This document shows, piece after piece, positions 1 through 12,223 of a stretch of 64,000 nt of DNA. The first letter of the stretch is position 1. Each line of letters begins with the position of its first letter. A program made the position numbers and the translations under genes. Below the pieces are notes generated by a model. The model was not told the origin of the DNA and made no database searches. It worked only from the letters and a program-made list of their open reading frames with translations. This stretch comes from the human T2T-CHM13v2.0 reference genome, Homo sapiens: the NCBI RefSeq assembly GCF_009914755.1, contig NC_060945.1. One strand, 5' to 3'.

Positions 1-992
1 GTTCTCCATGAGGGCTCTGCCTCTGCAGCAAACTTCTATCTGGACATCCAGGTGTTTCCACACATCCTCTGAAATCTAGGCAGAGGTTCCCAAAGCTCAA
101 CCCTTGTCTTCTGTGCACCTGCAGGCCCAACACCACACGGAAGCTGCCAAGGCTTGGGGCTTGCACTCTGAAGCCACAGCCTGAGCTGTACCTTGGCCCC
201 TTTTAGGCATGGCTGGAGCTGGAGAAGCTGGAATGCCGGTCACCATGTCCCAAGACTACACAGAGCAGCAGGGCCCTGGGCCTGGCCCATGCAATCATTT
301 TTCCCTCCTCTCCTCTGGGCCTGTAATGGGAGAAGCTGCTGTGAAGATCTCTGACTTGCCCTGGAGACATTTTCCCCATTGTCCTGGCTCTTAACACTCA
401 CCCTCTTGCTACTTATGGAAAATCCTGCAGCTGGATTGAATTTCTCCCCAGAAAGTGGGTTTTTCTTTTCTACCACATGGATAGGCTGCAAATTTGCCAA
501 GCTTTTATGATCTGCTTCCCTTTTAAGCATAAATTCTGATTTCAGATCATCTCTACATGAACACATATGACTGTACGCATTCAGAAAAAGCCAGAATAAG
601 CATCTTCAATGCTTTGCTGCTTAGAAATTTCTTCTGCCAGACACCCTAAATTACCTCTCTCAAGTTCAAAGTCCTACAGAACTCTAGGGCAGGGAAAAAT
701 GCTGCCAGTCTCTTTGCTAAAGCATAGCAAGAGTGACCTTTATTCCAGCTTCTAACAACTTCCTCATCTCCATCTGAGACCTCCTCAGCCTGAATTTTAT
801 TGTCCATATCACTATAATTTTGGTTAAAATCATTCAACAAGTATCTAGGAAGTTTCAACCTTTCCCACATCTTCCTGTCTTCTTCTGAGCCTTCCAAACT
901 CTTCCAACCTCTGCCCGTTACCCAATTCCAAAGTCTCTTCTACATTTTCAAGTATCTTTATAGCAGTGCCTCAACTCCCAGCACCAATTTCC
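1..992 (-). mobile_element. MaLR (THE1/MST) internal sequence, cut off by the window start
   Basis: Reverse complement is colinear with the MaLR internal region at 22506-23460; the translated remnant 'EGSEEDRKMWE' recurs there; adjoins the LTR at 993. Confidence 0.9.
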
Positions 993-1356
993 TATATTAG
1001 TCCATTTTCACACTGCTATAAAGAACTACCTGAAACTGGGAAATTTATGAAGGAAAGAGGCTTAACTGACTCACAGTTCTGCATGGTTAGGGAGGTCTCA
1101 GGAAACTTACAATCATGGTGGAAGGCAAAAGGGAAGCAAGCACCTTCTTCACAAGGCAACAGGAGAGAGTGGTGGGGGGAGCTGCCAAACACTTTTAAAC
1201 CATCAGATCTAGTGAGGACTCACTCACTAACATGAGAATCGCATGGGGAAAACTGCCACCATGATCCAATCACCTCCCACCGGGTCCCTCCCTCAACATG
1301 TGGGGATTACAATTCAAGATGAGATTTGAATGAAGATACAGAGCCAAACCATGTCA
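993..1356 (-). mobile_element. THE1/MSTA-type LTR (5' LTR of the element above)
   Basis: Termini tatattagtccattttcacactgctataaag ... gagccaaaccatgtca match the reverse complement of the THE1/MST LTR. Confidence 0.9.
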
Positions 1357-1689
1357 GGCTCCCATAACAAAACAGCACAGACTGAGTGGTTTAAACAAGA
1401 GAAATGTATTTTCTCACAGTTTTGGAAACTGGAAGTTCAAGATCAAGGTATTGGCAGGTTTGGTTTCTCCTCTGGCTTTTTTTTTTTTTTTTTTTTTTTT
1501 TGGCTTGCGGACAAGGCCTTTTCTCTGTTCAAGAACATCCCTGGTGTCCTATCATATTAGCCCCCCACCCTTACAGTCCCATTTAATCTTAATTGCCTCT
1601 TTAAAGGCTCTGTCTCCAAATACAATTCCACTGGGGGTTAGAACTTCAACATATGAATGTGGGGAAGAGACACAATTCAGTTCATAACA
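1357..1689 (-). mobile_element. MLT1A/B-type LTR fragment interrupted by the THE1/MST element
   Basis: ataacaaaacagcacagactgagtggtttaaacaagagaaatgtattttctcacagtt ... gacacaattcagttcataaca; contains a T25 run. Confidence 0.8.
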
Positions 1690-1877
1690 TTGCCTGAGTT
1701 ACCAGCCTGACTCGTCTGCCCTGTGGATTTCTGACTCAAAACTGCAACATCAACTCTTACCTTAATCTTTAGGCTGCTGACACAGTCTACAAATATCAGA
1801 GTTGGCAGCCTCCATAATTACATGAGCCAATTCCTTAAAATAAATTCCTTTCTCCTCTCTCTCTCTGTCTCTCATTC

Positions 1878-1914
<37 letters not shown>

Positions 1915-2249
1915 TATATATGTAACAGGATATTATGTATATACAGATGTATATACACCTACATATATACACACATATATTATGTGTATATACACATATG
2001 TATGTCTATGTATACATATGTATATATACATATACATGTGTTTACATATACATAAGTATATGGCACATACATGTGTGTTTACATATACAGAACATGTGTG
2101 CATTTACATATATGTATAATACACATGTGTTTTTGTATATACATAAATGTATATACATGTTTGTATGTGTATATATCCTATTACATATATAAATTAAATC
2201 ATTTAATTATAATCTATTAGCTCCACTTCTCTGGAGAGCCCTGATACAC
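1690..2249 (+). mobile_element. MLT2 (ERVL) LTR 3' part with an expanded internal microsatellite
   Basis: cagcctccataattacatgagccaattccttaaaataaa ... ttctctggagagccctgatacac, the typical MLT2 3' end. Confidence 0.75.
1848..2192. repeat. Compound microsatellite: (TC)n, (TG)n and degenerate (TA/CA/TG)n
   Basis: Seen directly in the sequence. Confidence 0.95.
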
Positions 2250-2251
2250 CA

Positions 2252-2452
2252 GTATATCTTAAGTGTTATTATTCCTACATGTAATCAATATAAAAATTAT
2301 TAATGAGATATTTTATGTTTTATGCATGCTATGTTTCTGAAATCTTGTTAGTATTTTGTGCTTATAGCACTTATCAGCTTGGACTGGCCACATCTCAAGT
2401 GCTGGATAATCACATGTGGCTAGTGGCCATCATATTGGGCAGTGAAGGTCTA
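2252..2452. mobile_element. MER33 (hAT-Charlie) fragment
   Basis: acatgtaatcaatataaaaattattaatgagatatttt ... cacatgtggctagtggcca, followed by a Charlie-like tctag target. Confidence 0.7.
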
Positions 2453-2499
2453 GAGCAGACAGGCAAGGTGAAGCGGAAAGAAGAACAAAAATGAAGACA

Positions 2500-2708
2500 G
2501 ACCAGGGTTTAAACTCCACCCTGTGACTGAAGCTCAGTGAATGCTAGCTATAATTTCTATGCTCCTAACTGGAGAACCTTCCTGAGCCTTGGTTTTCTCA
2601 TACATAAATGAGGGATAATAGTACCTCCCTTAAAGAGCTGTTATAAAGATTCATTGGAAAGCCCCTCACAGAGTGCTTGGTAAAGTGTAGATGCTCAATA
2701 AATATCAG
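2500..2708 (+). mobile_element. MIR SINE
   Basis: Core ctgagccttggttttctcatacataaatgagggataatagtacct ... tgctcaataaat. Confidence 0.75.
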
Positions 2709-3323
2709 GCACTTTTCTTTTCCTCTTAGTCTTCATATCTGTTTTCCTACCTTCCCTCTTCAAGGAAAAAGTCTGCTTATTTTACCTTTGTTTCCCCAGC
2801 CTGGCCCACTGGTAGGTGCTCAGAAAGTCGTTGTAGAATTAATGAGTAGTCTTAAGTTCCTATAGTGGAATATATCCAATTGCTAATTTAGATTTTCCTT
2901 TAATAAATCATCCTTTAAAACACTTTGGCAAGACTTGCAAGTTGTGGAGCTGTTGACATTGTAGCTGGTGGTCCAGTGGAGAGATGGTCCAAGGTCTAGT
3001 TTGGGGATTGGAGGGAAGAGCCTGTTAAGGGAAAGGAAATGTGGCAGCATCACAAACAAAACAAACCAGATGAGATGAACCACAGGCATCTGTGTCATAA
3101 GATTACAACAAAATTTTTTAATTCAGTTACTGAAGATAAATTTGAAAACTGTTAATGAGATGTATCCTTATGAAAGGAAAAAAATAGGAAACACATTCAC
3201 CCTGGGTCACAAAAATCTAGTTTAGATGAAAAGAATTTGCCCTGCCAGTGAGTACATTAAAGATGTGATTCATTTGCAAAAGTAAAAATTCCTGGTAATA
3301 TGACATATTAAGAAGGCATCTGA

Positions 3324-3815
3324 TGTATTAGTCTGGGTTGTCTAGAGAAATAGAACCAATAGGAGATATGGAAATATGATATATTATATGGAAATGGCTC
3401 ACAAGGGTATAAAGCTGACAAATCCCAAGATCTGAAGTCAGCAAGTTGGAAACCTAGGAGAGCTAATGGTTCCAGTGCTCAGGCTGGCAGGCTTGAGACT
3501 CAGGGCAAACCAATGTTTCAGTTAGGGTCCAAAAGCAGGAAAAAAAAAATGTCCCCTCTCAAAGGCACTCAGGCAGAAAGAGCTTCCTTTAACTCATGGG
3601 AAGATGAGCCTTTGTCCGCTTCAGGTCTTCAACGAACCAAACCATGTGGGCCCACCCACATCATGGAGGGCAATCTGCTTTATTCAGTCTATCAGTTTAA
3701 ATATTAATCTCATGCATCCAAAAACACCCTCACTGATATACCCAGAATAATGTTTGATCAAATGCCTGGGCACCCCATGGCCCAGTTAAGTTGACGCCTA
3801 AAATTAACCATTACA
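3324..3815 (-). mobile_element. MLT2 solo LTR
   Basis: tgtattagtctgggttgtctagagaaatagaacc ... aaaattaaccattaca; 5-bp TSD tctga/cctga. Confidence 0.88.
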
Positions 3816-4346
3816 CCTGATATATACTCATGACAGATTTCTTTCAGAGCTTCCCATGTCAGTAAAATGTGCTTGCAACAAATAGGTCTCCTTTTTCTCC
3901 CTACTTTGCTTCTTCTCAAGTGCATTATTTTCTTTCCCTCATCCTCATACAAGCTATTGGAGAAACACTTTGGAATGGGAACTAACATCTACAGCACACC
4001 ACCACCCCATGCCATGCTTATTACCAGGTACTCATCACACTGTGTCCCCGCCAGAAGCTAGAGAACAGGAGAAGTCATCCAAGTGGCAACAACCTTGGGA
4101 AGCCATTGCAGCCCTAACTCTCTTGCTCAGCCTTGTCATTTCAAAAACTCAATCTCGTCAGGGTGTCAAATTCGGTCAAACTTGGGCATTATAATTCACA
4201 GAAACTCGATTCAAGATACTTCTGTACAAACAAACAAAAAGCCATCTAATTAATTACAACAAGAAATACAACTGCCAAGGGGGATCTCTAGCTAAAGCAT
4301 CCCTTCCTTGTAAAATTATATCAGAAGTCAAATTAGAATTGAAATA

Positions 4347-4436
4347 TTAGGTTAGGGCAAAAGTAATTGCAAGTAATTGCATTTTTTGCCTTTCAAAGTA
4401 ATGGCAAAAACTGCCATTACTTTTGTACCAACCTAA
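4347..4436. mobile_element. MADE1 (Hsmar1-derived MITE) with a 10-bp internal tandem duplication
   Basis: TIRs ttaggttagggcaaaagtaattgc ... gccattacttttgtaccaacctaa; TA on the left flank; aagtaattgc present twice. Confidence 0.92.
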
Positions 4437-5375
4437 TGTTGATTACTTGAATTGAATCTAGAGTAAGTGGAAGGTTGATTTAAACAAGATGCTCAATTAC
4501 ACCAAGCGAAGAATGGCTGATGCTACAATTTCAACAATCATCAGACAGGAAAAAACTTGGAACCCAATTTTGCTAGATTTTTCTGCCATAATGTACCTCA
4601 TAGATTCTTTGTTTTATTTTTTCATATGCCAGGTGAACCAACTCCCTATCTGTGTAACACATTATTTGTTTCAAAAATATTTAACAAGTTACAAGTCAAG
4701 TCTTACTGGCCCATAAACTATTTTATCTCATTAAGATGACCCATCTTGCTGCACTCAATTTCCATAAGCTTTCAAAGAAAATCTCACTGTTTGACTTTCT
4801 TTTCATTCATATCCATTTAATTCTTATAACAATTCTGTTCTGGTAATCAATTGCTGATTAATAAGTGATCGCAAAATGTCATTACTCAAAATAATAAGCA
4901 TTTTTATTAATATCATTATTATTCTCAGCATATTCTCAACATCATTTTCAGATCAGGTTACTGATATAACTGACATTGGAATATTATAACATTTTTAAGT
5001 GATGTTTTGAAGTCCTCTTGACCATTCTTGGAAGAAATAACTTTTCTATTCTCTACTAAACATTCTTCACATTTCATATTGGCTACTGCAGATATGCAGA
5101 CATTCTTTTTATTCCTCATACACCTCTTCTGTTCTTAGAAATGCAGGGAGTAACTGCTTCATTGGTCTGTTGGACTATTCCATCTTAAAATGTTAATGAA
5201 TGTTAAAACAGGTGATATCCTCTCTTAGACAAACCATTCTTCAATGCCTTAACCTAAAGGAGTTGGTATATTTGAAATATAATCATCAAAGCAAGGTTGG
5301 TAGAGAAAAAAGTTGGTCTGGGAAGAGGAGATTTGAAGGTGAAGAGTTAATTTATTCATTTAAAAAACACATATT

Positions 5376-5525
5376 GCCAGGCATGGTGGCTCACCCCTGT
5401 AATCTCTGCACTTTGGAGGATGAGGCAGGGTGGAATGCTTGAGCTCAGGAGTTCGAGACCAAGTTTGAGCAACATAGCCAGACTCTGTCTCTACAAAAAA
5501 AAAAAAAAAGAAAAAGAAAGAAGGA

Positions 5526-5601
<76 letters not shown>

Positions 5602-5788
5602 GAAAGAAAAGAAAAGAAAAATCAGCCCGGCATGGTGGCACATGCCTATACAACTCAGAAGGCTGAGTGGGGAGGATCATCTGAACCCAGGGAGGTTGAG
5701 GCAGCAGTGAGCTATGATTGTGTCACTGCACTCCAACCTGAGTAACAGTAGTGACACCCTCAAAACATAAATACATAAAATAAAATTT
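5376..5788 (+). mobile_element. AluJ with the middle A-tract expanded into (GAAA)n
   Basis: Both Alu arms present; TSD aaaaacacatatt(g) on both sides. Confidence 0.93.
5495..5621 (+). repeat. A/(GAAA)n homopurine tract, about 19 pure units at 5524-5599
   Basis: Seen directly in the sequence. Confidence 0.97.
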
Positions 5789-5881
5789 AAAAACACATAT
5801 TGACCCACAAAACGTAATTATTTGTTAAGAATGGCCATTTGGTGACAAGCAGCCCAAGGAGGCAAATTTACTCTTAATAAG

Positions 5882-6185
5882 TTTTTTTTAACTTGTTTTT
5901 GAGACAAGGCCTTGCTATATGCCACCCAGACCATAGTGCAGTGGTGCAATCACAGCTCACTGCAGCCTCCACCTCCCGGGCCCAAGCAATCCTCTCACCT
6001 CTCAGCCTCCCAAGTACCTGAGACTACAGGCGTGCACCATCACACCCAGCTAATTTTTGTATTTTTTGCAGGGATGGGGTTTCGTCATGTTACCCAAGCT
6101 TGTCTCGAACTCCTGGGCTCAAGGGATCTGCCCACCTCAGCCTCCCAAAGTGCTGGGATTACAGTGTGAACCACCTTACCTGGCC
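5882..6185 (-). mobile_element. AluJ
   Basis: gagacaaggcc ... cacagctcactgcagcc ... ctcctgggctcaag ... cctggcc. Confidence 0.93.
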
Positions 6186-6471
6186 TAAGCTAACAATTTT
6201 TAAAATCACATTAATGTTTATAAAGGTGTTATAATCCCTGGCAAAGTTCCCATGCTACAAGTCCAGCTTAATAAAAAATGAGACGCCATTTAGGCATCTA
6301 GCCTTAAACCTCATACCTCATGATACTAATACTTTAAGCCTCTCATAAGGGGAACTCATACAAGTCTTAATACTTCACAGTTACTAGAATGCTGAGACCT
6401 CAGATGAAATTTTTTTCTTGTGGCTTTCTACAGAAAACCATGAAGTACAAAAATTTGCTTTTAAGCTACTG

Positions 6472-6582
6472 TACTCATTTATTCAACAAATATTTGTCAG
6501 GCGTTGCTATGTGCCAGGAACTGAGGTGCAGGGAACACAGCCAGAGCAAGCGTGACCCCTGCCCTAAGAAAATTTGCAGTTT
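6472..6582 (-). mobile_element. L2 3' end
   Basis: tcatttattcaacaaatatttg ... ctatgtgccagg ... cccctgccct. Confidence 0.7.
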
Positions 6583-7663
6583 GAATAAATGTTCTCAGAC
6601 CTGCAGTCATTCTGGGACTTTCCACACCTTCCTTCCTTTCTTTTCTTCTTTCTTTCTTTCTTTAGTGTTACCATCAAATTGCTACTACAGTGTGATACTT
6701 AAGAGAACAAATTCTAGAATTAAAATGCTAGGGTTCATAACCTAGTTCCACCAAGAAAAACAATTTTTTAAAGAGTCATAAATAATAAATAAATAAATAA
6801 ATAAATGCCAGAAGAAATCAATACTTGATAATTGAATAATTATAAGTATAATAATTATTACTTCATCAATGCTCTTATGTGAAGCAAAACTCTGACAGTA
6901 GACACTCTAAAGTTCCAGAGAAACTCTCAAAGAGCATTTTTTTTGTTTTGATCCCAACTACATTGCTTTTCCTTAAGAAATGGTTTTTACAGTATTCTCA
7001 GACCACAATCCTTCAATATTTTAAAAATCATTCCATTAAACTCTGCTTTTCCATCTCCCTTGTGAACTCTTGGCCAGTGAGACACAGTTTCATTTTCACT
7101 TTTTCAAAATGATAGTATGAAAAAACAGAAGTGAAAGTATGAATCATAATATAATCAGGAGTTCATACTGAGATACCCATTTATAACTCAGAAAACCACG
7201 GGGTATTTCCAAACTGATGTCATTCATAGAAAGAATACCATGTGTTGTGGAAGAATAAGAAAAATTACCTAAACCAACTGGGGGATTTAGAATACATGTG
7301 GGATATTCCCAGCTAATTATTTTCATTAAAAAATTTTTTTACAAAGATCAACTGTGTTTCAAATACTTACAGTGATAGTCATCTTGGAAATTACAAACTG
7401 GATTCTGGGTTATACTTTTTAATTATGATCAGTGAGACAATGGACATTGAGATTTTGCTTTAGAGCACATAATGCCATTATAACTGTATATAACTCAAAG
7501 TTATTTATATAACTCAAGGTTTTATATATATAACTAAAGTTTTATTTTCCTTAAAGAGTTATATAAATACCAAAATAGCCATGAAATCCCATGTAGTTGT
7601 TTTACTTATAAGGAAGAATTTTTATAGGAAAAACTGTGAGCCCTGCTCAAATTATTAAAATTG

Positions 7664-7895
7664 GGCCGGACACAGTGGCTCATGCTATAATCCCAACACT
7701 TTGGGTGGTCGAGGCAGGCAAATCACTTCAGGCCAGGAATTCGAGACCAGCCTGGCCAGCATGGTGAAACCCCATCTCTACTAAAAACACAAAAATTACC
7801 CAGACATGTTGGCTTGCGCCTGTAATCCCAGCTCTGAGATCACGCCACTGCACTTTAGCCTGGGTGACAGGGTGAGACTATGTCTCAAAAAAAAA
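7664..7895 (+). mobile_element. AluS with a ~65-bp deletion in the right arm
   Basis: cccagct joined directly to ctgagatcacgcc; TSD aaattattaaaatt. Confidence 0.92.
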
Positions 7896-8551
7896 TTATT
7901 AAAATTTATTACTTTTATTGTATTATGTTTTGGGGGGGAAATACATATGAATCTCATTTTTCCAACCAAACAATTAAAAATGATTTTTCCCTCTCTCTAC
8001 TACATCCCACTACATTAAAATTTTTTAAGAACTTAAAAATGTTACGGTGTACATGGCATAAATTAATGATCTTACAGGGATGAAACCTTTCCCAGGAAAT
8101 ATTCTCCTTTAGGTTGTGTACACTGGCTTGGAAAACACTTTGGCTGTGTTAGTTCTGCCATAGTTGCTCCTATGGTGGCAGCTTTGTCAGTTGTTTTGAC
8201 AGATCCTAATATCCAGTTGTAAGGACAGGCCAGCTATATCTCTTTTCAATCTGAATGCCCCTGTTGCCTAATCAGCCAACATCCCTGACATGGAAAAGTC
8301 ATGCCACTCACTAATCTTGGTAATACCCTGGCCTGTTCTTTGGTTTCTGAGACCTATCCAAGAGTCCAGTGATAGACCCACAATCTCCTGTCCTAACACC
8401 TGTTATGAACTGCTTTGTTATCCTGAATCTTTCAGCGAGGACACAGGTGAATCTGCTAGTAGGATGGTCTGGCCCCATGTAATTTAGAAGTAGATTTTAA
8501 AATGTATCAGAAAATCAAGTTTCTCTTCATTCTATATACCAACAGGAAGTC

Positions 8552-9510
8552 CACATGGATTAAAGACTAAAAGCAAACCTTAAAAATTTTAGGAGAAAAT
8601 GTAGGAGGCTCTCTCATAATACTAAAGTTAAAAAAGATTTATCAAAATATAAAAAGGTTTATCAGTTGTAACAAATGTACCATTCTGGTGCAGGATATTG
8701 AAAATGAAGGAAATTATGCCTATGCAGGGGTGGAGGTAGGTATAAGGGAAATCTATGTATCGTCTGCTCTATTTTACTATGAGCCTAAAACTGCTCTTAA
8801 AAAATTGAGTCTATTGAAATAAAGAAATAACAGAGCAAACCATTAAGTACAAAATAAAAAAGAATAAATTTAATGACATTACCATTTTAAATTTCTATAT
8901 ATTCAACACTATAAACCAAGTTAAAAGGCAAGCAAGTGACAGAAGATATTTACAAGACATTTGAAAAATATTTGCAATCTAGAATATTTTAAAAATCCTA
9001 TAAATGAGGAAACTGCAAAAAGTGCAGTAGATAGAGAAATATAAACCTTCAGTTCACAGAAGAGAAGCTCTATATGGCCAACAAAGATATGTGGAAAAAA
9101 GCTGTCACTTGCTGGTAATAGAAACATGCAAATTAAGACAAGATACTCTTTCATGTCCATCAGACTGGAAAATTTTCAAAAGGCTGACAATGACAAGTAA
9201 TGGTAAGGAAGTAGGGGAGAGGGATAGGAAACTTACAAATTCTTAATGACTGGTAATTAATGAACATTGACATTTCACTAAGGCAGTGTAGCATACATTT
9301 GAGAAGAAAAATATAAGAGGTTGAAAGAGTACACTGGTATGATTTAGAAAACATTTTTGCACTATCTAGTAAACTTGGAAATTCAGGACTCAGCAAGTCA
9401 ACTTCTAAAGCATAAAATCCAGAAACACTTTTGCACAGGGACACAAGAATGCTCCCTGCAGCACCCTTTTTTTTTTATTTTAAATTCCAAAATGTCTGCC
9501 ATTGGGAGAA
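8552..9510 (+). mobile_element. Old L1M ORF2 3' remnant, interrupted at about 8656-8830 by an L1MC-type 3' end
   Basis: tggattaaagac ... ttaggagaaaatgtagg; insert ttgtaacaaatgtaccattctggtgcagg ... gagcctaaaactgctctt; later atgcaaattaagac. Confidence 0.7.
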
Positions 9511-10597
9511 TGGCTCCTCTTAGTTTCATCTGCCTCAACACTAAGCATCCACTTTCTCTTTAGGCTCTTTCCATCCCTTTCTTCATGTAGTTGGAAGCAG
9601 GGCACTGACCCTATCCACTCACTCCCACTGACATTCCTCTCTCCTCCTCCCTACGCTCCCCTATTCCCACAGGGATCTCTTTCTACCTTGGAAAATTCAC
9701 CTTCCATCCTGCCTCTAGCCAAGACATGTCATCTAGGCCCACAAATCCTCCTTAATGTTTCCTGCTCTGGAAATGTTGCCTGACTTCTTCAGATTTAAGG
9801 AACTGAAAATTAACAGCCAGAACATTACCTGTCTTACAATTCCCAGGGCCAGTTACCTTCCTGAATGAGGAGGAACAGGCAGAGAAAAATATGTATAGAG
9901 AGAATAAAAAGCATAGATTAATAACTTCAAATATTATCTTACCATATTCTTCTCCTAGCAAATCTTTGGACAGTGACACCCCCACACGCAAACTGGTGCT
10001 TGTTTCTGTGGGGAGAGGAAGAAAGGGAAGCCTGGACATCTGGTGAATTTCTTGGCTCACCTGAAAGTTTCTGCTTATACCTGGAGTATATGCACCCTCT
10101 TTCAACAATATCCCTTTACTGCTCTTATCCTCCCCACCTTGGGAACTTGGCACAAGTATGGGCAGAACTTCCCCCGAACATAATTAGGGAGAGAGGTGTC
10201 CTGCCAATATAAAAGACAACTGTACAGGGGAGGGCCCTGTCAATAACTGCAGGTGACTTGGGTTCCAGCCATGTTTTCTTCCTCCTCAGTCACCATCCTC
10301 CTCTGAATCTCTGTGCTCAAAAAGTCAGAGACAGCCACTCGTTTCCATTTAGGAGAGTGGAGTGAATATGGCTGTCATATTGGTGTCCAGCCCTTCTCTC
10401 ACCCACCATCCATCAACAGGATGGTGTTCCTCTTCTTTTCTTCTCTGCCCCTTTCCACTTCTGATATAATAAGTGAATATACAAATGAAGGAAAAGTCAA
10501 AAATCCTCCCATACCTCCCTTAGTTTACATATGTGAAGAACTGGGTATGTAATTGACCCCATTTTCTCTTTGGCCAGCACATAAGCTGTTTTTAGGT

Positions 10598-10878
10598 GTT
10601 TTTTGTTTGTTTATTTGTTTTTTGTTTTGAGATGGAGTCTCACTCTGTCTCCCAAGCTGGAATGCAGTGGCACGATCTCTGCTCACTGCAACCTCTGCCT
10701 CCCGAGTAGCTGGGACTACAGGCATGCACCACCACACCCAGTTAATTTTCGTATTTTTAGTAGAGATGAGTTTTCACCATGTTAGCCAGGGTGTTCTCAA
10801 ACTCCTGACCTCAAGTGATCCGCTTGCTTCGGCCTCCCAAAGTGCTGGGATTACAGGTGTGAGCCACCGTGCCCGGCC
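10598..10878 (-). mobile_element. AluS with a ~35-bp deletion between two gcctccc motifs
   Basis: ctctgcctccc joined to gagtagctggg; tail decayed to (TTTG)n. Confidence 0.92.
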
Positions 10879-10949
10879 CCATGTTTTTAGATTTTGATTT
10901 TTTTAATTTATTGGTATTATTCGTTTCACTCTGATTTTGCTTTTCTAAA

Positions 10950-11410
10950 TCTCACTGTGTATTGTGAACATCCCTCCCATTTGGGACATTTATATGTCCC
11001 AATACAACTAAATATGATTCTCTTTAAGAGCTGCCCCATTTTCCATTGCGTGTGTGTGTGCAAGAACATGCACAAGTGCCATGATTTAATCAGTTACCCA
11101 TTGATGGACATTCAGACAGCTTATGATTTATTGTTACTACAATGATACAAATGGTATTATGTCTATACACGTTCTATATCAAGTGTGATTTTAATATGTA
11201 AGAATTCAATAATTTGAATTCCTGTGTAACATATAGATGTTTTAATTCAAATAGTTGCTGCTAGATTTATTTTCCAAAACAAATGGAGGAATTCACGTGT
11301 CTCTCATAAAAGTGAGGGAATGCTTATATCCTTGACAATTTGCCAGCATTGGTTGTTATTGCTGGTTTGAACATTTGCCAGTCAGACAAGTTAAAAAAAA
11401 ATATATTGTA
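10950..11410 (-). mobile_element. Ancient L1ME-like fragment
   Basis: ttccattg ... tgccatgatttaatcagttacccattgatggacatt; weak similarity only. Confidence 0.5.
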
Positions 11411-12223
11411 ATTCCAATTCAGTATGAGAATAGAGTAAGGGTAATGATGTCAGTCCCAAACAAAGCAAACAGTGCCCAAGAGCCTGAAATATTTGGTTGT
11501 ACACTGGTATCTCTTTCTCTGCTTGACCCTGGCTCAAAACCTACATTCCTCCATACAGAGGTCTGAGAAAGTTGGAAATATCCTGTGTTTTCCTTAGTAG
11601 TGTTTTCTTTCAGTTCAACAGGATTATGTCAACTGTTATTACAAGGAAAGGCCATCGACACACCAGTGTAAAAAGGAAAAGGTGGGTCCACTGACTAAAA
11701 TTAATAAAAGGGCAAACACACACAGAAACAGCTTTAAAACCTAACAGTCACAATAATACCAAGGAAACTGGCAGGACAGGGCTAGCCTCAATGCTTATAT
11801 ACTCAGGGTATCTCCTGAACTTTTACCACCTAAGTTAAGAAATTAACCACAAGATAGCCTTGCAAAGGTCTAACAGGGGTATTGATATCAGAGTGGGTTT
11901 TAAAAGTGTATTAACTATAATCTTACTTTTAGCCTATTTGATTCTACTTATTTCAGAACTATTAATGACGTTTGTGGAGATATATATATATATATATATA
12001 CATATATATACAATCTGGACTATCGGACTATAAGCTTAAAATCAGAAGACTCTTTTATATATTTTTATAATGCCTCAAATCTAGCATAGTATCAGGTACA
12101 GAGTATATGCCCCGAGTCTAGCAAAGTGTCAGTACAGTTCTGTAAATGTTGATTGCAGAAACTGAAAGACCATCAGCATGATAAACCACTGGAAATACTG
12201 ACACAGATCTGTTGACAGATCAG

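Noticed and set aside
1883-2192. ORFs rich in C/V/Y/I/H, and the K/E/R- or F/L/S-rich ORFs at 5360-5710
   Set aside because: Translations of microsatellites
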